A stretch of DNA of 11,873 bases from Octopus sinensis (GCF_006345805.1 NW_021826862.1:1-11873); one strand, 5' to 3'; shown: positions 1 through 8,168, numbered from the stretch's first letter. Numbers and translations are program-made. The notes: generated by a model from the letters alone, not told the origin.

Positions 1-28
1 TTTTTGATCCTGTAAAATCATCAATACC

Positions 29-261
29 TATTTCTTTACTACCCACAAGGGGCTAAACACAGAGGGGACAAACAAGGACAGACACACGGATTAAGCCGAT
101 TACATCGATCCCAGTGCATAACTGGTACTTATTTAATCGACCCCGAAAGGATAAAAGGCAAAGTCAACCTCGGCGGGATTTGAACTCAGAACGTAGTGGC
201 AGACAAAATACCGCTAAGCATTTCGCCCGGTGTGCTAACGATTCTGCCAGCTCGCCGCCTT
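29..261 (-). mobile_element. tRNA-derived SINE, family A, full length
   Basis: Reverse complement aligns along its whole length with 10682-10922 and in part with 7238-7370. Pol III B-box GAGTTCAAATCCC at 187-175. A-rich 3' end. Target-site duplication AATCATCAAT at 16-25 and 262-271. Confidence 0.9.
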
Positions 262-282
262 AATCATCAATCAATAAAAATC

Positions 283-346
283 ATCAATACCATCACCATC
301 CTCACCACCATCACCACCACCACCACCACTACCACCACCACCATCC
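283..346. repeat. (CAC/CAT)n microsatellite
   Basis: Seen directly. Confidence 0.9.
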
Positions 347-488
347 ATGTGAAGCCATTGTTTTCTCCGCAGTCTGTATCAATCTACAATATAAAACATA
401 TAAAACACAGACCTGACTTGCCACCACTTCAATTTTCTACTATGCCCCTGCGGTGGCCTAACAGCCATCTTTGAAAAACACAGAGCTG

Positions 489-548
489 GATTCCTCGTTA
501 ACTTGAGAAATATGCTTTCCACAATGTTCTTTCATGTAACGAGGAATC
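489..548. other. 60-nt inverted repeat / hairpin
   Basis: GATTCCTCGTTA (489-500) is the perfect reverse complement of TAACGAGGAATC (537-548). Pairing continues inward with bulges to a ~10-nt loop. Confidence 0.75.
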
Positions 549-567
549 TTTTTTTATCCCTTTTTTT

Positions 568-995
568 TCCAAGAATGCCAGTGGTAACATCTAGTTTTCT
601 TAAAGCATGTCCAATCATAATAAACGTCTTTTGTTGTTTGTTTTGTTTTTTTACTTACATAATATTCCAACCGCTCGGAGAAAAAAATTTTTCTCTCGCA
701 GTTAACTATTTATTATTTAATTCTCCTGGAAAAATTTATTTAAGTGCAAATCGTAAAACAGAGTGATGTCCTTCAGCGTTTATTTCTTCTGCTAGTGTTT
801 CTGTTATTGTCCAAGACTCATTACAATACAACATTACCATTCCAATGCAAGCTTTGGGAAAAGTAGAATTTTATTTCCATCACTAATGGAACAAATCGAA
901 ATAAGACAAAGTTTGCATCCTGCAACACATGCTAAATGGCATTTTTATCTAAAAGCATTCCTACTTTCAGTCGAGCCACTCATAGACCAGATAAG
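568..995 (-). pseudogene. Decayed RTE-clade LINE ORF fragment (region C-terminal to the RT core)
   Basis: Manual minus-strand translation gives ...NKILLF/(frameshift near 857)KACIGMVMLYCNESWTITETLAEEINA...VLRFALK*...IGHALRK. This matches the RTE/RTE-X motifs KIRLF.ACV.S.LLYG.ESWT and IGH.LR. It has in-frame stops, so it is absent from the ORF track. Boundaries are approximate. Confidence 0.7.
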
Positions 996-1218
996 TTTAT
1001 TGTATTACATGCACCTTTGTATAGTTTCAACATACAGTATTTATGCAATATCTATATCTTTATATATTACTGCTCTGCAATTTGAAATTTGTTTCAGTGA
1101 GCCCTTTGCTAAACATTTGTCTAAAGAAATATTCCTGTTTGTGGATGTGTATGTCATAATAATTTATTTTATTTCATTTTCTTTCTCTTGTACTTTATAT
1201 AAGCTATGGACATAAAGG

Positions 1219-1876
1219 TGTGGAGGCACATGGCCTAGTGGTTAGAGCAGCGGACTCGCGGTCAAGGGATCATGGGTTCGAATCTCAGACAGGGCGGTAT
1301 GTGTGTTGATGAGAATTTTCCAGAAAGGAGTTACAGAAAGGAGAACTCGGATGCAAACATCCCTTAAAGGATTATAGGACCTTGGCCTAATAATATTCTT
1401 TATTCTTTTATTATTTTACTTGTTTCAGTCATTTTGCCTGCAGCCATGCTGGAGCAGCACATTTAGTCAAACAAATAGACATTCTGGGCCTCCTCTTCGT
1501 AAGCCTAGTTCTTATTCTATCAGTCACTTTCGCCGAGCCGCTAAGTTACGGAGGACGTAAACACACCAACATCAGTTGTCAAGCAATAGTGGGGTGACAA
1601 ACACAGACAGACACACACACACACTCACATACAATGGGCTTCTTTCAGTTTCTGTCTCTCAAATCCACTCACTTACCTCAGCTCCACGTGGCTCTGGCAG
1701 AAGGTAATAGGGAACTTCAGCTGACTCTTTCACCACAACTTTCTCTCACTCTTTCCTCCTGCATCTTGCAGCTCACCTGCGACAGACAGGTGTCCCAGTC
1801 CAGGTGGGAAACTATATGCCCGGGAAACTGGGAAACCAGCTCTTATGAGCCAGGCATGGCTCGGGAAGGAACAAAC
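1219..1876 (+). mobile_element. tRNA-derived SINE, family D, interrupted (head 1219-1313, body about 1675-1876)
   Basis: A-box TGGCCTAGTGG at 1231-1241 and B-box GGTTCGAATC at 1275-1284. The 3' end has an AACAAAC tail. The whole unit is bounded by the TSD ATGGACATAA(A/G)GG at 1206-1218 and 1877-1889. Confidence 0.85.
1394..1672 (-). mobile_element. SINE family B, 5'-truncated, nested in the family D SINE
   Basis: Reverse complement aligns with the 3' two-thirds of 7561-7995 (CCAGCATGGC, TGAAACA, CTTGACAAC and GAAGCCC blocks, internal CA/GT microsatellite) and with 5205-5421. Confidence 0.85.
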
Positions 1877-1974
1877 ATGGACATAAGGGAATTCCTGAAT
1901 TAAATCGAGTGACATATACCTGCATACTGTTGTTGACACCAGGTAGCGAGATACTGTGAACAGCCTTTTAGCCT

Positions 1975-2106
1975 TCTTCCTGAGATCTACATTAAGAGTA
2001 CGCATGTCTGTGGTGTACTCAGCCACTCGCACATTAATTCCACAAGCAGGCTGTTCCATTGATTGCATCAACTGGAACACTTGTGATAACAGACACAGTG
2101 CCAACA
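1975..2106 (+). mobile_element. 3' portion of another SINE-like repeat (family E)
   Basis: Recognised from memory as the 3' end of an abundant octopus interspersed repeat (CTCAGCCACT.GCAC.TTAAT...GCAGGCTGTTCC.TTGAT...ATCAACTGGAAC...GTGCCAACA). It is single copy in this window, so there is no internal confirmation. Confidence 0.55.
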
Positions 2107-2142
2107 TACACCACTACTACCTCTGATAATAATAATAATAAT

Positions 2143-2285
2143 ACTAGTACAACACCAAAAAAACACCCAAATATATGGCACACTAGGCATAACAACAATG
2201 TGAACTTCCAACCTGTTGTCTCTTGAGGTATCTGGGTGAGACTTGGAGCCAACTTGTACAAATAATAAGCAAAAGTCAAACATAG
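2143..2285 (+). mobile_element. Putative non-LTR retrotransposon 3' end (Dong/R4-like) in (AAT)n, copy 1
   Basis: A ~140-bp unit duplicated at 2358-2497. It ends AAAGTCAAACATAG directly into (AAT)n and is flanked by (AAT)n on both sides. The clade assignment is inferred from the TAA-repeat target preference of Dong elements. Confidence 0.6.
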
Positions 2286-2295
2286 AATAATAATA

Positions 2296-2337
<42 letters not shown>

Positions 2338-2356
2338 TAATAACAACAACAATAAT
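2286..2356. repeat. (AAT)n microsatellite
   Basis: Seen directly. Further tracts lie at 2126-2142 and 2498-2536. Confidence 0.95.
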
Positions 2357-2357
2357 C

Positions 2358-2496
2358 ACTAGTACAACACTAAGTACAAAACTAAATATATGGCACCCTA
2401 GGCATAACACCAACATGGACTTCTAACTTGTCTCCTGAGGTCTCTGGGTGAGACTTGGAGCCAAATTGTGCAAATGTAAAGCAAAAGTCAAACATA

Positions 2497-2497
<1 letters not shown>
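2358..2497 (+). mobile_element. Putative non-LTR retrotransposon 3' end (Dong/R4-like) in (AAT)n, copy 2
   Basis: Diverged direct repeat of 2143-2285 with the same start (ACTAGTACAACAC) and the same end (AAAGTCAAACATAG). Confidence 0.6.
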
Positions 2498-2538
<41 letters not shown>

Positions 2539-2753
2539 CAGGATGTTGGAATGGTAGATCCATATGGGAATCTGATGTCTTGAGGCCTTTGCTTACAGTT
2601 CTTCCTCTTCCTGTTCCAATTTCAAAACCCATCAAGGTCAACTTTACTTTAAATGATTTAGCAATGAGATAAACTGCATACAAAATAAGTACAAGGGGCC
2701 AATAGTAAAATCGATTATAATCGATTATACTCCTCCCTGTCTTCATGTCTTGC
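2539..2753 (-). CDS. Probable internal coding exon of an unidentified gene; encodes one predicted transmembrane helix
   Basis: Complex non-repetitive island between microsatellites. Acceptor ttgatttctaacgtAG|G (AG at 2755-2754) and donor CCTG|GTatta (GT at 2538-2537). Only one frame is open across 215 nt: QDMKTGRSIIDYNRFYYWPLVLILYAVYLIAKSFKVKLTLMGFEIGTGRGRTVSKGLKTSDSHMDLPFQHP. An alternative donor ACT|GTAAGC lies at 2596. The protein was not recognised. Confidence 0.55.
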
Positions 2754-2789
2754 CTACGTTAGAAATCAATATTCATATCAAATATGATA

Positions 2790-2846
2790 ATTGTTGTTGT
2801 TGTTGCTATCATTATCCTTCCTCATCATCATTATTAATATTATTAA

Positions 2847-2894
<48 letters not shown>

Positions 2895-2900
2895 CGTTAT
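2790..2900. repeat. (TTG)/(TCA)/(ATT)n compound microsatellite
   Basis: Seen directly. Confidence 0.9.
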
Positions 2901-2984
2901 TTAAATGGAAAGCCAATGAAGTGTCACAATAGTGCCGCCTTTTAAAAGAATGCTATTGTCATTCAATATCAATAATGTGCTAAC

Positions 2985-3552
2985 CCCTACCACCACCACA
3001 ACCATCATTGTCATCATGAGCATTATCATCATCGTCGTCATCATCATTATTGTTGTTGTTGTTGTTGTGCTTTTTTTTTCTTTTTGCTATTGTTGTCATT
3101 CCGACTATCCTTACGTTGTCATACTTGTCAATATTGTTGACATCATCGTCAGCATCATCATCATCATCATCATCATCACTACGAAACAGACCTCCCGCCC
3201 TCCGCATTTGTTTACATCGTTATCACCATCGCCATCATCATCGTCCTCATCTTCATTTGCAGCAGCATCATTACTGCAATCTGACCCCTCCTCCTCCTCC
3301 TCATCATCATCATCATCATTATCACCACCACCACCACCACCATCATCATCACCACCACTACAATTGTTCTGCTTGTCACTATAACTATCCTCGCAATGTC
3401 ACACTTGTCAATATCATTGACATCATCATTACCATCACAACCACTATCATAATCACCACCACCACCATCACCACCACCACCACCACCGCTGCCGCCACCA
3501 CCAAATCATCATCATCATCATCATCATCACTGTCGTAGTCATCAACATCATC
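2985..3552. repeat. Compound trinucleotide low-complexity region (CAC, CAT, GTT, CCT)
   Basis: Seen directly. It is the source of the poly-H/S/T/D ORFs. Confidence 0.9.
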
Positions 3553-3654
3553 AGTTAACAAAGAAAGACAAATCACCAGTTAAATGCCAATAAAGAATGT
3601 CGAGAGTAATTGTACCGGGTAATGAGATGAACCTTTTATTTCATCTCTGCACAC

Positions 3655-3854
3655 GTACACACAAACACATATATATATATAGGCATGCGTGCATACATGC
3701 ATACATACGTGCTTAAATAGATGTGCATATATAGACAGACAGACAGACAGAATAAGGATAGATAATAGCTAGGAAACCAGTGACAGAGTGAGTAAGTTAT
3801 GGATAGATGCATAGATGGATGGATAGATAGATAGAAATATAATATATATATATG

Positions 3855-3923
<69 letters not shown>

Positions 3924-3956
3924 ATATATATATATATATATAGATAGATAGATAGG

Positions 3957-4014
<58 letters not shown>

Positions 4015-4049
4015 TAGATAGATATATATAGATAGATAGATAGATATAG

Positions 4050-4103
<54 letters not shown>
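3655..4103. repeat. (CA)/(TA)n followed by (GATA)n microsatellites
   Basis: (TA)n at about 3838-3940 and (GATA)n at 3941-4103. Confidence 0.95.
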
Positions 4104-4158
4104 TGGGTTTGAACCCAGAAACATGTGAATGGGAAGTAGACTTCTTACCACACAACAC
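4102..4158 (-). mobile_element. tRNA-like head fragment of SINE family B
   Basis: Minus strand reads GTGTGGTAAG...GGGTTCAAACCC (A and B boxes), similar to 7566-7618. Confidence 0.6.
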
Positions 4159-4218
4159 AGTTGCTTAAACACTTCAAAAATCCCAAATCAGCCCGAGCCT
4201 CATAAATATATAAGCTCT

Positions 4219-4508
4219 AGGCTCAGTAGTTAGAGCATCAAACTCACAGTCATGAGATATTGAGTTCAATTCCCAGACCAGACCAGGCTGTGTTTTGCTC
4301 TTGAGCAAGACACTCTATTTCATGTTGCTCCAGTTCACTCAGCTGTAAAAATAAGTTGCGACGTCACTGGTGCAGTGGTGTGGAGAGGCTGGTATGCATG
4401 GGCGACTGCTGGCCTTCCATAAACAACTCTGCCTGGACTTGTGCCTTGGAGGGAAATTTTCTAGGTGCAAGCCCATGGTCATTCATGACTGAAGGGAGTT
4501 TTTACCCT
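4219..4508 (+). mobile_element. tRNA-derived SINE, family C
   Basis: A-box-like GGCTCAGTAGTTAGAGC from 4220 and B-box GAGTTCAATTCCC at 4262-4274. These are followed by TTGAGCAAGACAC...CTCCAGTTCACTCAGCTGTA, a central block typical of metazoan conserved-domain SINEs. Confidence 0.8.
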
Positions 4509-4733
4509 ATTTTTAGATGGACTTAGAGAAGGACGTAGGGAAAACTTGGCTGCTATTTCTAGCAGATCAATAGATTTCATGAAAATTCCTTTTTTTCTAG
4601 TGATGATGTAGATGCTGTTAAATCTCAAGGTATACGTGGTCATACAGAACAATAATCAGAGGCATTCCAACCATGAGCATCATGTCTTTTTCTCATTTTT
4701 ATGTTCACATACATCTACCTACACCATATAATG

Positions 4734-5197
4734 TCATCATCATCATCGTTTAACGACCGTTCTCCATGCTAGCATGGGTTGGATGGTTTGACCAGGGATC
4801 TGGGAAGCCAGAAGGCTGCACCAGGCTCCGGTCTGATCTGGCAATGTTTCTACAGCTGGATGCCCTTCCTAACACCAACCACTCCGTGGGTGTAGTGGGT
4901 GCTTTTTACGAGCCACCTGCACAGGTGCCAGGCGAGGCTGGCAACGGCCACGATCGGATTGGTGCATTTTACGTGCCACCGGCACGGAAGCCAGTCAAGG
5001 CAGCACTGGCAATCGGCCACGATTCGGATAGCGCTTTTTACATGCCACCGGTACAGAAGCCAGTCTAGGTGGCGCTGGCATCGGCCACATTCAGATGGTG
5101 CTTTTTACGTGCCACCGGCTCAGGGATCACAACTGCAATTTCCATTGATTTTGATGTCGGTGTACTTGACTCAATAGATCTCCTCAAGCACAGGGTC
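4734..5197 (-). mobile_element. 3' end of an RTE-type LINE (or LINE-derived repeat) with (GAT)n tail
   Basis: GC-richer island. The minus strand ends in (GAT)n at 4734-4747. It contains GGATGCCCTTCCTAAC.CCAACC, a motif recalled from RTE-related 3' ends, and an internal tandem array. Confidence 0.65.
4898..5120. repeat. 63-69-bp tandem repeat, about 3.4 units
   Basis: The core (G/A)G(T/C)GC(T/A)TTTTAC..GCCACC recurs at 4898, 4961, 5030 and 5097. Confidence 0.9.
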
Positions 5198-5204
5198 AAG
5201 GATC

Positions 5205-5421
5205 ATATTTCTTTTATCTTTTGCTTGTTTCAGTCACAGGACTGTGGCTATGCTGGGGCACTGCCTTAAAGGCTTTTTTTTTCAAGTAAATCACTCTCAG
5301 GGTTTGATTATTTATTCTGTCAGTTTCTTTTACCAAATCACTAAGTTATGGAAATGAAAACAAACTAACTCTGGATGTCAAGCAATGAAGCAAAAACCCA
5401 AATGCAAACATACACACACAC
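5205..5421 (-). mobile_element. Diverged 3' part of SINE family B
   Basis: Aligns with 1394-1625 (CTTGTTTCAGTCA, ATGCTGG, CTAAGTTA, TGTCAAGCAAT, CA tract). Confidence 0.75.
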
Positions 5422-5474
5422 ATTGTAAATCAACAGCATGGATCAAATAGCTCGACTGTGGCTCAGGAATCAAC

Positions 5475-6460
5475 AACTCAAATGTTTAGAATGCAATGAG
5501 TAAAGCTCAAATTTTCATAAAATGAGGGCAGCTAAAAATGTTTTCTACGACATGAGGATAATTCATCATTCATGGAATAAGGACAGCTGAAATATTTATG
5601 AAATGAGGACAGCTCAAATATTTATAAGATCAGGACAGCTCAAATATTTAGTATGAAATGAGGGCAGCTCAAATATTTATAAAATGAGGACAACTCAAAT
5701 ATTTACAAGATGAGGACAGCTCAAATGTTTAGTATGAAATGAGGACAGTTCAAATATTTATAGAATAAGGACAGCTCAAATATTTATGAAATGAGAATAG
5801 CTCAACATTTATGAAATGAGGATGGCTCAAATATTTATAAAATGAGGACAGCTCAAGTATTAATGAAATGAGGACAACTCAAATATTTATTAGATGAGGG
5901 CAGCTCAGATATTTATAAGATGAGAACAGCTCAAATATCTAGTATGAAATGAGGTCAGCTCAAATATTTATAATAAGATGAGGACAGCTCAAATATTTAG
6001 TATGAAATGAGGGCAGCTCAAATATTTATAGAATAAGGACAGCTCAAATATTTATGAAATGAGAATAGCTTAAATATTTAACATGAAAGAACAGCTCAAT
6101 TACTTATGAAATAGGGACAGCTCAAACATTCATAAAATAAAGACAGCTCAAATATTTATGAAATAAGAACTGTTCAAATATTTACTATGAAATGAGATTT
6201 GCTCAAACATTCATGAAATATGACAGCTCAAATATTTATGAAATGAGAATGGCTCAATATTTATGAAATGAAGATATCTCAAATATTTGTGAAATATTTA
6301 TGTGATGAGAGCAGGTGAGCTTAAGCATTTATGAAATGGAGCCGGTTCAAAAATTTGTAAACTAAAGACAGCTCAAATATTTCTGCAATGTAGGTGGCTC
6401 AACATTTATGAAATGAGGACAGCTCAAATATTTTGACTGAAATGAGGACAACTCAACAAT
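5475..6460. repeat. Minisatellite, about 37 units of 26 bp (25- and 29-bp variants), consensus CTCAAATATTTATGAAATGAGGACAG
   Basis: Parsed by hand. Units are head-to-tail with no unique spacers. The array is homogeneous in the centre and degenerate at both edges. Confidence 0.95.
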
Positions 6461-6761
6461 TTATCAGGGAACTAAAGCAACAATGGTTTATGTGTGGAGA
6501 TGGGTTTGAAAACCTTATTGGCAGAAGAAAGAACAAGAACTGAATTATGTGGTGTGTGTGTGTGTGTGAATATGAAGGAGATATTTTAAAAATCGATATG
6601 AGCTGAGTGTGTGTGTGTGAGTCTGTCTGTGTGTATGATGGAGGGGCTTAAAAATCAATAACTGAGATATCTGTGGTTAAAAAACATATATAAAAAAAAA
6701 TAAATCTTATGAAACATGGAACAATGGCTGAGTTATCTAAGGGAAGGAACAATGACAGAAC

Positions 6762-6918
6762 GATGAGGAAGGGGAGGAGGAGGAGAAGTGGGAGAGAAAG
6801 GAGGGGTTCAGTGGAGAGGGAGAGAAGAAGAAGGAAGAAGAAGAAGAAGAAGGAGAAGAAGAAGGAGGAGAAGAAGGAAGAGAAGAAGAAGAAGAAGAGA
6901 AGGGGAGGAGAATGAAGA
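6762..6918. repeat. Purine-rich (GAA/GGA)n tract
   Basis: Seen directly. A second (GA)n tract lies at about 7010-7065. Confidence 0.9.
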
Positions 6919-7139
6919 GTAAAACTATTTTACTCCTTAAAGATGCTCTCAGCGAATTTTAATTTCAAGAAAAAAACAAATTAATAATTATTACAAAAAT
7001 ATATAGCCAGGAGAGAAAGAAATAAAGAGAGAGAGAAAAAGAGAGAGAAAGAGAGAGAGGGAAGGTGAAAGTAAATTGACTTTGGAAAAAAAAGTTCTTT
7101 ATTATGAAACTATTTATAAAGAGAAAGAGTTGGAAAGTA

Positions 7140-7237
7140 AGGTAGCAGTAGGTGTGGTGGTAGTAGTAGTAGTGGTGGTAGTGGTAGTAGTTGTGGTGGT
7201 GGTGGTGGTAGTTGTGGTGGTAGTGGTAGTAGGTGTT
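7140..7237. repeat. (GTA/GTG)n microsatellite
   Basis: Seen directly. Confidence 0.9.
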
Positions 7238-7370
7238 GTCGACTTTGCCTTTCATCCTTTCGGGGTCGATGAATTAAGTACCAGTCACGCACTTGGGTCG
7301 ATGTAATAGACTTAATCCCTTTGTCTGTCCCCTCTATGTTTAGCCCCTTGTGGGCAATAAAGAAATAAGA
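7238..7370 (+). mobile_element. SINE family A, 5'-truncated
   Basis: GTCGACTTTGCCTTTCATCCTTTCGGGGTCGAT...TAGCCCCTTGTGGGCAATAAAGAAATA matches 10779-10922 and the reverse complement of 29-165. Confidence 0.9.
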
Positions 7371-7372
7371 AC

Positions 7373-7460
7373 AGTCCTCTCTGTTGCAAGCATTCATTCT
7401 GGGTTTCTTCGTTTGTGGACATGCCCACTTCCACTTCTCTTTCCGCCTGTTTCGGAAACC
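7373..7460 (-). CDS. Possible small coding exon (weak)
   Basis: Good acceptor ttatcctttacAG|G (AG at 7462-7461). Purine-rich and open as FPKQAEREVEVGMSTNEETQNECLQQRG. The only candidate donor at the end (CT|GTtctt) is poor. Its phase would join in frame to 2753. Confidence 0.3.
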
Positions 7461-7494
7461 CTGTAAAGGATAATGGTTACTGTCTTTCATTCTG

Positions 7495-7558
7495 GACTAA
7501 AAATACATCCAAAAAGGCCCCAGCATCACTGAAACAAATATGAAGATAAAAAAGATAA
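7495..7558 (+). mobile_element. Short 3'-tail fragment of SINE family B
   Basis: CCCCAGCAT..CTGAAACAA..A-rich tail resembles 7957-7995. Confidence 0.45.
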
Positions 7559-7560
7559 AT

Positions 7561-7995
7561 AGGTGTAGCAGTGTGGTAAGACTTCTGCATCCCAGCTTTA
7601 TGGTTCCAGGTTCAATTCTGGTGTGGTACCAGAGGCAAGAGGTTTTCTACAATAGCCTTGAGCTGACCAAAGTCTTGTGAGTAGGTTTGGTGGATGGAAA
7701 CTGGAAGAAGCCCATCATATATATATATATATAAATATGTGCAAACACACACATGCATGTATGTGTGTGTCTTTGTCCCTTACCACTGCTTGACAACTAG
7801 TGTTGGTTTGTTTACATCCACAAAACTTAGCAGTGTGGCAAAAGAGTTTGACAGTGTAAGTACCAGACTTGAAAAAAAAAAAGCCTCGTCCACAAAAAAT
7901 AAAAACAAATAAATACTGGGTTAATTATTCATTCCACAAAAATTCTTCAACACCATGCTCCAGCATGGCCACATTCTAATGAAACAGGCAAGAGA
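7561..7995 (+). mobile_element. SINE family B, near full length, diverged
   Basis: A-box-like TAGCAGTGTGG at 7566-7576 and B-box GGTTCAATTC at 7609-7618. It has an internal TA/CA/GT microsatellite. The 3' part is the reverse complement of 1394-1672. Confidence 0.85.
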
Positions 7996-8126
7996 CAACA
8001 CGTACATATATATATATATATATAAATATATATTTGTTTTATTTCTATTCCTGAGCGGCATACTAATACAATTGTTTGTTGTAATCCACCTGCTTCGTCT
8101 TTTGTTTATTTTCATAAACCTTCCCA

Positions 8127-8130
8127 ATAT

Positions 8131-8168
<38 letters not shown>

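Noticed and set aside
503-1215. Plus-strand ORFs 503-766 and 886-1215
   Set aside because: The composition is typical of AT-rich noise and the region is better explained as the antisense of an RTE remnant.
1222-1295. tRNA gene
   Set aside because: It has A/B boxes but no proper acceptor stem or T-run terminator, and it continues into a TSD-bounded SINE. The same applies to 4219-4275 and 7561-7620.
1920-2122. Possible minus-strand exon (CAG acceptor at 2123, CAG|GTATAT donor at 1919; part of ORF 1730-2107)
   Set aside because: All three frames contain stops from that acceptor, and most of the segment looks like the antisense of a SINE 3' end.
2640-2746. Assignment of the exon peptide to RIC-3 or another known membrane protein
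   Set aside because: Only generic hydrophobic similarity; no diagnostic motif was recognised.
2750-3576. Poly-His/Ser/Asp/Val ORFs
   Set aside because: Trinucleotide microsatellites are open in several frames on both strands. The same applies to 6709-7306 and 11438-11815.
1394-4158. Family B head (4102-4158) and body (1394-1672) as one element split by 2.4 kb
   Set aside because: The body is confined inside a TSD-bounded family D SINE and the connecting segment is missing from both pieces.
4766-5269. GC-rich plus-strand ORFs with repeated AFY.PP motif
   Set aside because: They arise from the tandem array in a retroelement 3' end oriented on the opposite strand.
5475-6460. CRISPR-like array (26-29-bp partly palindromic repeats)
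   Set aside because: Units are contiguous with no unique spacers, there are no cas genes, and the context is eukaryotic.
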